Shown here: positions 1 through 8,869 of the stretch, piece after piece
Numbering within the stretch: the first letter of the stretch is position 1
Layout: the number at the start of each line of letters is the position of its first letter
From: Campylobacteraceae bacterium
Lineage (GTDB): Bacteria > Campylobacterota > Campylobacteria > Campylobacterales > Sulfurospirillaceae
Length of the DNA stretch: 45,174 nt
Direction: 5' to 3'
Assembly: GCA_027055635.1 (NCBI GenBank)
Contig: JALUMZ010000055.1
Location: forward strand, 1 to 45,174
The notes under the pieces: generated by a model
What the model was told of the DNA's origin: nothing
The model's input: the letters and a program-made list of their open reading frames with translations, nothing else
Databases searched by the model: none
Made by a program: the position numbers and the translations under genes

Positions 1-1015
1 GTATTCCAAAAAAGTAGCAGGTGCGTTAAAAACGGTAAGAGGATTGACTTCGGTTTCAACTAGTTGGGGCAAAGACTTTAGCGAGTACATCATAGATATA
101 GACAGAAATAAAGCTCTAAGATATGGCATCACTCCACTTAATATCGCTATGCAAATACCGATAAAAGGTGAAGTCGCTTCGCTAAATGCCAATTTGGAAT
201 CCATGAATACACAATTTGTGAGAATTTATCTAAAAGATAAATTTACAAAAAATCTTGAAACTCTGAAACTTTTACCTATCACGACAAAATTTGGAGAGAT
301 TCCACTCTCTCAAATAGCAAACATCAAAAAAAGTTTGACTTATGCAAAGATAGAGAGAGACAATATGCTCTACTCTTTAGATGTAAACGGATACCGAGCA
401 AAAAGACCAGTAACTCACTTGACCGATGATACGATAGCGGCACTAAAAAATGTAAAATCGGATGATTTTGTTATAACTCAAACAGGAGATATTGCAACTA
501 TAACAGATAGTTTTGGACGAATGTTGAAGGCTATAGGCTTAGGAGTAGTTATACTGATTATGTCTTTAATAGCGATTTATCGCTCAGTTAGAATGGCTTT
601 TATCATGATACTTGTTTTGCCTCTATCTTTAATAGGAGCTTCATGGGGAATGTTACTGTTCAACAAGCCTAGTTGTATGCCGAGTCTCTTGGGGATTTTG
701 CTGCTTTTTGGAATTATCATAAAAAATGCTGTACTTTTGATTGATTTTTATCAAGCAAATGAGCAAGCGGGGAAAAGCCCATTTCAAAGTGCACTAGATA
801 GTGTAACGGTTAGATTTCGCCCAGTCATGATGACTGCATTTGGTACGATCGCAGGTATGATACCTATCGCACTAGAGCAAGCTGTGGGACTTGAAAGACT
901 TAGCCCTCTAGCAGATGTAGCGATTGGCGGTCTTTTGATAGGTACGCTCTTGACATTGATTTATGTTCCTATGTATGCTTATATCTTTGATGGAGATAAG
1001 TCAAAAAAGGAGTAA
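1..1015 (+). CDS. RND efflux transporter permease subunit (AcrB/AcrD/AcrF family), C-terminal part; 5'-truncated by window edge
   Basis: Frame is open from position 2 (YSKKVAGALKTVRGLT...). AcrB C-terminal signatures DRNKALRYGI, GIIIKNAVLLIDF, RFRPVMMTAFGTIAGMIPIAL. Confidence 0.92.
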   Translation, partial: YSKKVAGALKTVRGLTSVSTSWGKDFSEYIIDIDRNKALRYGITPLNIAMQIPIKGEVASLNANLESMNTQFVRIYLKDKFTKNLETLKLLPITTKFGEIPLSQIANIKKSLTYAKIERDNMLYSLDVNGYRAKRPVTHLTDDTIAALKNVKSDDFVITQTGDIATITDSFGRMLKAIGLGVVILIMSLIAIYRSVRMAFIMILVLPLSLIGASWGMLLFNKPSCMPSLLGILLLFGIIIKNAVLLIDFYQANEQAGKSPFQSALDSVTVRFRPVMMTAFGTIAGMIPIALEQAVGLERLSPLADVAIGGLLIGTLLTLIYVPMYAYIFDGDKSKKE

Positions 1016-1018
1016 AAG

Positions 1019-1927
1019 ATGTTAGATCTTTTTGATTCTATTGCTTTTGGATTTAGAGCGATTTTAGAGTGGAGTTTGATAAGACTAGCTCTCTTTAGCG
1101 GTTTAATTATAACTCTGTTTTGGACAGTTTTGGGATTCTTTTTTTGGAATCCCTTGGTCTCTTTTTCGGGTGATATATTGGAACTTGTGCCTTTTTCTAT
1201 GGTTCGCTCAAACGGAGCACAGATTATATCTGTTTTTGTATGGATGCAGGCTGTTTTGATAACTTTTGCACTGGTGGTTTTATTTTTGGGCACACTGTTT
1301 TCAAGGAAGATTTCAAAAGATAAATATGGTTATTTTTATATTTTAACTATTGCATGCAGTGTTATTTTTTGGTCTTTTATATGGTTTTTTAAAGGTGACT
1401 ATCTCCACGCACAATTTTTGAAACTTTTAAACTGGCTTCCTTTTGAAACCATAGACAAAGGGATGGCTTACTTGATGGCATGTTTGATGATTTATAATCT
1501 AATCGTGATATCTATGCTTATTATTACAAGTATTTTAAGTCAAAAAGTTCTTAAGGAGGTAAATAGAGAATATTTTGATGATGAGATGATGTATGAAAGA
1601 GAGTTTGGTATAGTTAAATACACACTTAAAGATGTTTTGATATTTGTCATCGCTTCTACTGTGCTGTTTCCTCTTTTTTTCATACCTTTTCTAAATTGGA
1701 TTGTTCAGCTTGGGTTATGGGTATATTTAGTTAAAAATACCTTTGGTTACGATGTGGGCACTTCGTTGTCTGAAGATTTTACTAAGGATAAGTTGAAAGA
1801 AGAGAGCAGAGCTTTATGGTCTATAAGTTTCGTCTCTGCGCTATTTAACTTTATCCCTATACTTAATTTCTTTGGACCATTTTTTGGTGAAATATCTATA
1901 TTTCACTATTTAAGAAACAAGGAGTAA
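1019..1927 (+). CDS. EI24/CysZ-like multi-pass membrane protein
   Basis: 302 aa with several hydrophobic helices and FIPFLN / FIPILNFFGP motifs typical of EI24 (CysZ) domain proteins; AGGAG RBS upstream. Confidence 0.65.
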   Translation: MLDLFDSIAFGFRAILEWSLIRLALFSGLIITLFWTVLGFFFWNPLVSFSGDILELVPFSMVRSNGAQIISVFVWMQAVLITFALVVLFLGTLFSRKISKDKYGYFYILTIACSVIFWSFIWFFKGDYLHAQFLKLLNWLPFETIDKGMAYLMACLMIYNLIVISMLIITSILSQKVLKEVNREYFDDEMMYEREFGIVKYTLKDVLIFVIASTVLFPLFFIPFLNWIVQLGLWVYLVKNTFGYDVGTSLSEDFTKDKLKEESRALWSISFVSALFNFIPILNFFGPFFGEISIFHYLRNKE

Positions 1928-1930
1928 GAG

Positions 1931-2503
1931 ATGTGGACACATTCAGAAAAATGGCAAGAAAACTTGCCACAAGGTGAAAAAAAGTTGCTAGAGAAATTTA
2001 GCAAATATTCAAAAATAACAGGTGCGATATTTATCATATTGGGATTGATAGGAATTATATTTCCATATGTTTTATCTTTGGTTACTGTTGCATTTGCATC
2101 ATATCTTATGGTGCTAGGTGGATTAGTATCGGGATATTTTACATGGATAACAAACAAAGAAGATTGGTTAGGATGGCTTAAAAGTTTAGTTCTGTTTTTG
2201 ATGGGGCTTTTTATACTGTTTTATCCGATTAACGGTATAGCAGCTATTGGTTTAATGCTTGTATTCTACTTCTTTATGGACTCTTTCGCGGAGTTTGGTC
2301 TTGCTATATCTATGCGGGGCAATAGTGGATGGTGGATATGGTTATTTAACTCTTTTATATCATTGGTTTTAGGTATCATATTTATGGTTGGTTGGCCATT
2401 TAGCTCAACATATTTGGTCGGATTATTCATAGGTATCAGCCTATTTTTTGACGGAATTGCCTTACTAGTAGGCGGAAGTCTTTGGAAAAAACTTGGAAAA
2501 TAG
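1931..2503 (+). CDS. HdeD/DUF308 family membrane protein
   Basis: 190 aa; repeated GxxxIILGxxxxxxP helices and C-terminal WP...GLFIGISLFFDG typical of HdeD. Confidence 0.85.
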   Translation: MWTHSEKWQENLPQGEKKLLEKFSKYSKITGAIFIILGLIGIIFPYVLSLVTVAFASYLMVLGGLVSGYFTWITNKEDWLGWLKSLVLFLMGLFILFYPINGIAAIGLMLVFYFFMDSFAEFGLAISMRGNSGWWIWLFNSFISLVLGIIFMVGWPFSSTYLVGLFIGISLFFDGIALLVGGSLWKKLGK

Positions 2504-3782
2504 TGTGAAAAAATCATTTGGTCTGTGGAGTGCTATATTTTTAGGTATCGGCTCCATGGTGGGAGCCGGCATCTTTGTTTTGTTGGGTGAAGCCGGGGCT
2601 ATTGCTGGAAATCTTGTGTGGATTTCATTTGTACTTGGCGGTATCATCGCACTAAGTGCTGGATACTCTTTGGCAAAGTTAGCAGTAACTTATCCTAGTA
2701 GAGGTGGTATTGTAGAGTATCTTGTACAGTGTTATGGAGAAGGTGTCTTCTCTGGTTCTGTCTCTATACTTTTTTACCTCTCGGCAATAGTCGGTATTGC
2801 TATGGTTGCAAAGACATTTGGAGTATATGCCGCTCATATGTTTGGTGTGAATTCGCCATTTTTTGTAAATATTTTTAGTGTCTGTATATTGCTCTTTTTC
2901 GTACTTATAAATTTAGCAGGAAGTTCATTGATAGCTAAGAGCGAAAATATAATAGTGATAACAAAACTATCTATCATAATAATTTTTACTTTTACTGTAT
3001 TTTTCTATATAAAACCGGAACTTCTCTCCTTTAAAGATTCTCCGGCATTTAGCGATATGTTCTTTGCTCTGTCTTTGACATTTTTTGCTTATGGGGGATT
3101 TAATGTTATAGCAAATACAGCCGAAGATATGGATGACCCAAAAAAAACTATGATGAAAGCTATGATTTACTCTATCCTTATCGTGATGGTTTTATATGTA
3201 GCTGTTGTATTTGCAGTCTTTGGCAATTTGCCTTTAAAGGAGATCATAAAAGCACAAGATTATGCATTGGCGGAAGCTGCTAGACCAGTCTTTGGAAAAA
3301 TCGGATTTACTATCATGGCAGTAGCTGCACTAATATCAACATCATCATCTATAAATGCAAATCTTTATGCAACAACAAATATAACATATCAAATGGCAAA
3401 AGATGGAAATCTGCCAAAAGTATATGAGAGAAATATATGGCATAGTAGTGAAGGACTCATAGTAAGTGCGATTTTATTGATCGTGATGATTCTGTTTTTT
3501 AGATTAAATGAGATTGCAACTATGGGTTCGATTTATATATTGTTTATACATGTATTTGTGCACACAGGACATTTGTTTAAAATAGATAAAACAGGAGCAA
3601 ATAGAGTGGCAATACTCTTTAGCATAATCACTCTTATTGTTACTATCGTGCTAGCTCTGATATACACATCTAAACATGTTGAGAATATTGGCTACTATAT
3701 TATAGGAGGTTTTATACTCTCTTATGCATTGGAAATAATACTTAGACTAAGCACCAAAAGAGTGGTGCAAAAACAAAAATAA
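2493..3782 (+). CDS. APC family amino acid permease
   Basis: GIGSMVGAGIF (TM1), YPSRGG, FFAYGGF...AEDMDDP (TM6) APC motifs; about 12 TM helices; TTG start. Confidence 0.92.
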   Translation: MENSVKKSFGLWSAIFLGIGSMVGAGIFVLLGEAGAIAGNLVWISFVLGGIIALSAGYSLAKLAVTYPSRGGIVEYLVQCYGEGVFSGSVSILFYLSAIVGIAMVAKTFGVYAAHMFGVNSPFFVNIFSVCILLFFVLINLAGSSLIAKSENIIVITKLSIIIIFTFTVFFYIKPELLSFKDSPAFSDMFFALSLTFFAYGGFNVIANTAEDMDDPKKTMMKAMIYSILIVMVLYVAVVFAVFGNLPLKEIIKAQDYALAEAARPVFGKIGFTIMAVAALISTSSSINANLYATTNITYQMAKDGNLPKVYERNIWHSSEGLIVSAILLIVMILFFRLNEIATMGSIYILFIHVFVHTGHLFKIDKTGANRVAILFSIITLIVTIVLALIYTSKHVENIGYYIIGGFILSYALEIILRLSTKRVVQKQK

Positions 3783-3793
3783 GGAGTTTAATT

Positions 3794-3997
3794 ATGGATG
3801 AAACAACAAAAGGTATTGAGGCACTAAAAAATGAGATTAGGAGGGAAATGAGGGCTATATTTAAATTAAATATGACTTTTGAGGGATGGAGCGTTCCTGA
3901 GATGGATGATGAGGAAGCGGCTCGAGAGATTTTAAGGGTGATGCAAGACGCATTGGACGAATTAAAAAAAGAAAATAAGGATAATCAAAATGGATGA
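3794..3997 (+). CDS. small acidic hypothetical protein (67 aa)
   Basis: AAGGAG RBS, ATG start, helical-looking sequence, overlaps the next gene by 8 nt. Confidence 0.7.
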   Translation: MDETTKGIEALKNEIRREMRAIFKLNMTFEGWSVPEMDDEEAAREILRVMQDALDELKKENKDNQNG

Positions 3998-4355
3998 AAT
4001 GGTCAGAAATACAGCATTAAAAAGTGTAAAACCGATGAAGATGGATGTAGAGAGTTTTATAGAAAAATATAACAATGGTGAAGCAATCCTGCTAGATATC
4101 AGAATGCCTTTTGAAGTAAAAGTATGGGGGTTATCATTTGCTAAAAATATACCATACAATGCACTCCCTGATAGATTAGAAGAGTTACCAAAAGACAAGA
4201 TGATTGTCTGTGCCTGCCCTCATGAGTATAGAGCTAGTATGGCAAAAGAGTACCTTAGGTATAAGGGTTATGATGCCAAAACACTAAATGGTGGATTGCT
4301 AGCCTTGATGGAAAGATTAAAAGGCGGTAGCGCAAAAGATATAAACTTAGGCTAG
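3990..4355 (+). CDS. single-domain rhodanese-like sulfurtransferase
   Basis: LLDIR..FE, NIPY, candidate active-site loop VCACPHEYRAS, LNGGL C-terminal motif. Confidence 0.88.
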   Translation: MDEMVRNTALKSVKPMKMDVESFIEKYNNGEAILLDIRMPFEVKVWGLSFAKNIPYNALPDRLEELPKDKMIVCACPHEYRASMAKEYLRYKGYDAKTLNGGLLALMERLKGGSAKDINLG

Positions 4356-5093
4356 ATGATGTATGATTATATAATATACTTTGCTGTTACACTGTTTTTC
4401 TCTACTTTTTTTGCTATGGGTGGAGTTGGAAGTGCGATAGCTTTGGTGTCGATATTTCCTATGCTTGGGCAGAGTTTTAATCTCTCCCGGGCATTGGCAC
4501 TTTTCGTAAATACATCTTCTACCTTTAGTGCAAGTGTGATGAACTTCTATAGAGGTGTGCTTGATTTTAAATTTGTTTTGCCTTTGGTGATTGCTGTTTT
4601 GGTTTCGACACCTGTTGGGGCTTATCTTTCACAATTTGTAGATCATAAAATTTTGATGTGGATGCTAATCGCCTTTTTGCTCATAAGTGCAACTTTGATG
4701 CTGTTTTATAAAAGAGAAGCCAAGACAAGCTACACAAAAACATGGGTTTTATATGTGATAGGGATAAGTGTCGGACTTATATCAGGAATGTTAGGAGTTG
4801 GTGGAGGAGCTTTGATAATGCCCCTTTTAATTCTACTTGGTTTTGATGCAAAAAAAGCAGCTTATGGAGTTAGTTTTGTTATACCTTTTTCATCACTTGG
4901 TGCATTCGTCACATATCTGCAATTTGTCAAGATGGACTGGTTTCTACTAGCAGATGTGACAGTAGCAGCATTGATTGGCGGATATCTTGGCGGAAAGATT
5001 ATGCACTTCAAATTATCTCAATCACATGTGAAAAAACTTATAGGGGTAGTTTTGTATTTGATAGCTATAAAAATGATAATGAAATTAATTTAA
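4356..5093 (+). CDS. TauE/SafE family sulfite/sulfur-compound exporter (TSUP)
   Basis: 245 aa, about 8 TM helices, GGVGSA and SGMLGVGGGALIMPLL motifs, GGYLGG near the C-terminus. Confidence 0.9.
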   Translation: MMYDYIIYFAVTLFFSTFFAMGGVGSAIALVSIFPMLGQSFNLSRALALFVNTSSTFSASVMNFYRGVLDFKFVLPLVIAVLVSTPVGAYLSQFVDHKILMWMLIAFLLISATLMLFYKREAKTSYTKTWVLYVIGISVGLISGMLGVGGGALIMPLLILLGFDAKKAAYGVSFVIPFSSLGAFVTYLQFVKMDWFLLADVTVAALIGGYLGGKIMHFKLSQSHVKKLIGVVLYLIAIKMIMKLI

Positions 5094-5097
5094 TAAT

Positions 5098-5132
5098 TTT
5101 GCCTCTTTTTTGCCTCTTTTTTATTTTATACT
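5098..5132 (+). promoter_or_regulatory. putative promoter of the molybdoenzyme operon: tandem 11-bp direct repeat upstream of a -10 box
   Basis: TTTGCCTCTTT at 5098-5108 and 5109-5119; TATACT at 5127-5132; AAGGA RBS before ATG 5163. Confidence 0.55.
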
Positions 5133-5162
5133 TTGCCTAACAAATATCAGAAAGGATACAAA

Positions 5163-7550
5163 ATGAGTATTTCAAGAAGAAGATTTTTGCAAGGAAGTGT
5201 TGCTGCTACAGCAGCTTTGAGTGCTAGTTCAGTTGGTGCAACCGAGCTCTTTTCGCCTGTAAAAAAAATCCCAAGTGCTAGCCACTTTGGTGCTTTTTAT
5301 GCCTATGTGCAAGATGGTAAAATTATAGATATAGAACCGCAGGAGAAAGATGGAAGACCGGGTATGATGAAGGCATTAGTAGATAGAAACTACTCTAACT
5401 CTCGTGTAAAATATCCATATGTAAGAAAGTCTTTCTTAGAAGGCAAGGCAGGAAATAAGGCTCTAAGAGGAAAAGAGGAGTTTGTAAGAGTTTCTTGGGA
5501 TAAGGCTATTAAGCTAGTAGTTAAAAAGCTAAAAGATACGCCTCGTGACAGTATCTATAATGGTACAACGGACGGTTGGGCACATCCTGGCCTAGTAAAT
5601 TATTGTCCAACACTAGCAGGTAGGTTTTTTAATATTGTAAAAGGTGGTTCTGTAAATATAGACGGAGACTTTAGCGTAGGAGCCGCACTTCGTACAAATC
5701 CTGATGTAGTTGGCGATATAGAGGTCTATTCTCTTCAGACTGCCCATGAGCAAATCCTTCCAAATACTCAAGTTTATGTTATGTGGGGAGCTGATCTTTT
5801 TAAGACAAACAAGATAGACTTTGCAGTTGCAAACCGAAAAAATGATGAATACTTTCTAAAATATAAAAAATCAGGTATGAAGTTTATATCTATTGACCCT
5901 ATTAAGACTGAAACTGCAAAGATGTTTGATGCAGAGTGTATCCATATCAGACCAAATACAGATGTTGCTTTGATGCTTGGTATGATGAACTACCTGTATG
6001 TAACAAAAAAATACGATGCCGATTTTATCAAAAAATATACTGATGGATTTGAAAAATTTGTACCATATCTTTTGGGGAAAACAGATGGTGTTGCGAAAAC
6101 ACCTGAGTGGGCAGCAAAGATTACCGAAGTTCCTGCATCTAAGATTAAGTGGTTAGCAGATTTGTTTGTATCTCATAGAACTTTGATAGCCGGAAACTGG
6201 TCTATGCAAAGAGCACAGCATGGTGAGCAGGTTCAGTGGGGTATAATCACTTTGGCCTCCATGATAGGACAAGTTGGACTTCCAGGCGGAGGATTTGGTT
6301 TTTCACTTCATTATGGTGGTGGAGGACAAGCAAGTGCCGGTAAAACAGGACCTGGAGGATTTTCTGAGGGAAGAAATAGAGTTAAAGCAATTATACCAGC
6401 TTCTAGGATAAACGAGACACTTTTAAATCCCGGTAAAGTTATAGATTTTATGGGTGAAAAGTTAAAATTACCACACATCAAGCTTATGTATGTAGCTGGA
6501 GCTAATAATGTTGGGCACCAGCAAGATATAAATGAATTAATAAAAGGATTAAGAAAATTAGATACATTGATAGTTCAAGAGCCTTGGTGGACTCCAACTG
6601 CAAAGATGGCAGATATAGTTTTGCCTGCCACAACTATCCTAGAAAGAGATGACATTAGTTTGCTTAGTGGAAGTTACTCTGGAGATAGGATTTTTGCTAT
6701 GAGAAAAGTTGTGGATAATCCTTATGAGGCAAAAGATGATTATGAGATTTATTCACTTCTAGCTAAAGAGTTTGGCAAAAAACAGTACAAAAAATTTACT
6801 GATGGAAAGACTGTAATGGAACACATAAAAGCCTTTTATGAGAGTTCAGATGCAGCTAAAACAACAAGCTTTGAAAAATTCTGGGAGCAAGGTTCTATCA
6901 AGTATAAGATTCCAAAAGAGGCATACAAATATGTAAGACAAGGTGATTTTAGAAAAAATCCTGTTAAAAATCCTCTCAAAACAAAAAGTGGAAAGATTCA
7001 AATCTTCTGCCAGAAATTTGCTGATTTTGGTTATAAAGATTTTAAAGGGCATGTTACATGGTTTGAGCCTGCAGAGTGGTTAGGAGGCAAACTTGCAGAT
7101 AAGTATCCGTTGCATCTTCTCTCTCCGCATGCCACATATAGAAAACACTCTCAACTAGACAATACATGGATAGCAGAGCTATATAAGATAAAAGGTAGAG
7201 AGCCTATAAGAATCAATCCAAAAGATGCTAAAAAATATGGAATTTCCGATAGAGATTTAGTAGAAGTTTATAATGACAGAGGAAGAGTTCTTGCAGGAGC
7301 TGTTGTGACTGATGATATAAGAGAAGGTGTTGTGGCTATTGAAGAGGGAACATGGTACAGCCCCCAAGATCCTATGAAAGAGGGAAGCAGAGGAAATAGT
7401 GGACAGCCGAATGTTTTAACTTCCTCAAGGCCTACATCTCAAGCATCACAATCTTGTACAGCAAATACGGTTTTGGTGGCAATCAAAAAAGCCGAAGGTG
7501 AAATTGTGCCAAATCAAGCACACTCAATGCCTAAAGTGATAAATTCATAA
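5163..7550 (+). CDS. torA: Tat-exported DMSO-reductase-family molybdoenzyme (TorA/DorA/BisC type S-/N-oxide reductase)
   Basis: SRRRFLQ twin-arginine signal; ASHFG; SRVKYPYVR; Mo-ligand Ser in GDFSVGA; GNWSMQRAQHGEQ; GLPGGGFG; WWTPTAKMADIVLP; HSQL; no N-terminal Fe-S motif. ATG 5163 has an RBS and is preferred over TTG 5133. Confidence 0.88.
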   Translation: MSISRRRFLQGSVAATAALSASSVGATELFSPVKKIPSASHFGAFYAYVQDGKIIDIEPQEKDGRPGMMKALVDRNYSNSRVKYPYVRKSFLEGKAGNKALRGKEEFVRVSWDKAIKLVVKKLKDTPRDSIYNGTTDGWAHPGLVNYCPTLAGRFFNIVKGGSVNIDGDFSVGAALRTNPDVVGDIEVYSLQTAHEQILPNTQVYVMWGADLFKTNKIDFAVANRKNDEYFLKYKKSGMKFISIDPIKTETAKMFDAECIHIRPNTDVALMLGMMNYLYVTKKYDADFIKKYTDGFEKFVPYLLGKTDGVAKTPEWAAKITEVPASKIKWLADLFVSHRTLIAGNWSMQRAQHGEQVQWGIITLASMIGQVGLPGGGFGFSLHYGGGGQASAGKTGPGGFSEGRNRVKAIIPASRINETLLNPGKVIDFMGEKLKLPHIKLMYVAGANNVGHQQDINELIKGLRKLDTLIVQEPWWTPTAKMADIVLPATTILERDDISLLSGSYSGDRIFAMRKVVDNPYEAKDDYEIYSLLAKEFGKKQYKKFTDGKTVMEHIKAFYESSDAAKTTSFEKFWEQGSIKYKIPKEAYKYVRQGDFRKNPVKNPLKTKSGKIQIFCQKFADFGYKDFKGHVTWFEPAEWLGGKLADKYPLHLLSPHATYRKHSQLDNTWIAELYKIKGREPIRINPKDAKKYGISDRDLVEVYNDRGRVLAGAVVTDDIREGVVAIEEGTWYSPQDPMKEGSRGNSGQPNVLTSSRPTSQASQSCTANTVLVAIKKAEGEIVPNQAHSMPKVINS

Positions 7551-7568
7551 AGTAAAAAGGGAGCAAAA

Positions 7569-8120
7569 ATGAGACTTTTTATAAGTATCTTGATAGCTTG
7601 TATGTTTAGCGTAGGACTTCAGGCTAAATTATATATTTATATAGAAAAAGGGATAAAGCTCCCTTTGAAAAATCAACATATAACACTATACAGCGGTACA
7701 CCCGTTGATAAAATATCTGCCGATGGAGATATGGTTAGGGTTAAATTGAATGGATTTGTAGGCAAAAATGATAAAACTAAACTTTTTGCAACTAAAAATC
7801 TCAAACTTTTATTGGCAACTGCTCAAAAACCGGGTCTAATTAAAATCAAAGGTGATAGAGGAGCTTTGGAGGCTAGAGTAGCAAAAAAGTTTTTAACCGA
7901 TGATATGGAAGAGGCATGGGAGAGTGGTTCTGATCTCTTTTATGACAAGTGTACAAAATGTCACCATGCCAAGATAGTAGAGCACCACAGTATGCAAGAT
8001 TGGAATGCACTTTTTGGTAGCATGAAGTATAAAGCAAAGACTACAAAAAAACAAAATGAAGAGATTTTAAGGTTTTTGAGAGCTTTTGCAAAAGATGGCA
8101 TACTTAAAGAGAGTGATTAG
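7569..8120 (+). CDS. periplasmic monohaem cytochrome c (TorB/Cj0265c-like partner of the molybdoenzyme)
   Basis: Sec signal peptide, single CxxCH (CTKCH), downstream W..LFGSM like the TorC C-terminal haem domain. Confidence 0.85.
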   Translation: MRLFISILIACMFSVGLQAKLYIYIEKGIKLPLKNQHITLYSGTPVDKISADGDMVRVKLNGFVGKNDKTKLFATKNLKLLLATAQKPGLIKIKGDRGALEARVAKKFLTDDMEEAWESGSDLFYDKCTKCHHAKIVEHHSMQDWNALFGSMKYKAKTTKKQNEEILRFLRAFAKDGILKESD

Positions 8121-8140
8121 GGTTGCTAATGACACCCTAA
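8117..8140 (+). terminator. weak hairpin after the cytochrome c gene
   Basis: TTAGGGT (8117-8123) / ACCCTAA (8134-8140) inverted repeat; no T-tract. Confidence 0.3.
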
Positions 8141-8170
8141 AGATAGTAAAATTCTCTATTAGGATTTATA

Positions 8171-8869
8171 ATGGATAAAATATTTTTAGAGAAGTTAAAG
8201 ACACTTACTATACTTTATGCAGAAGATGAAGAGGGAATTAGAAAAAAGATATCTGATTCCCTTAGGTATTATGTAAAGAGTGTTATAGAGGCACAAAATG
8301 GTGAAAGGGCTTTGCAGCTCTATAGAGAAAAAAAGCCAGACATTCTCTTTACTGATATTATGATGCCAAAACTAGATGGGATAGAGTTGGTGAGAACTAT
8401 CAGAAAAGATGATGTCAAGATGCCTATTGTAATCATCACAGCCCATACCGACAAGGAGTACTTGCTTCGAGCAGTAGATTTGCATCTTGAGCAGTACATC
8501 ATAAAACCTATAAATTTGACTGATTTAAAAAATGCACTTCAAAAATGTGTAGATGTTATCTCTAAAAACCATGCTTTTATGAGAGATTTACCCGGTGATT
8601 ATAGTTATGATTTTGATTCAAAAGTTCTTACATGTAGAGATAAAGTTATAAAATTAAGCAAAAAAGAGATAGCATTTTTTGAACTTTTAATTCAAAACAG
8701 GCACAGAGTAGTGACTTATAGTGAACTACAAAACTATATCTGGCAAGATGAGATTATGAGTGATGATGCACTAAAATCTCTAATAAGAAATATACGACAT
8801 AAATTTCCAAAAGACTATATCAAAAATCTCTCGGGCATCGGTTATAAACTAAATGATCAAATACCTTAA
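8171..8869 (+). CDS. OmpR/PhoB-family response regulator
   Basis: LYAEDE, TDIMMPKLDG, ITAH, YIIKP receiver motifs; winged-helix tail LSKKE...IRNIRHK...GIGYKL. Confidence 0.93.
   Translation: MDKIFLEKLKTLTILYAEDEEGIRKKISDSLRYYVKSVIEAQNGERALQLYREKKPDILFTDIMMPKLDGIELVRTIRKDDVKMPIVIITAHTDKEYLLRAVDLHLEQYIIKPINLTDLKNALQKCVDVISKNHAFMRDLPGDYSYDFDSKVLTCRDKVIKLSKKEIAFFELLIQNRHRVVTYSELQNYIWQDEIMSDDALKSLIRNIRHKFPKDYIKNLSGIGYKLNDQIP

Noticed and set aside
5133-5162. TTG-initiated N-terminal extension of the molybdoenzyme
   Set aside because: It abuts the predicted -10 box; ATG 5163 has an AAGGA RBS and gives a normal Tat leader.
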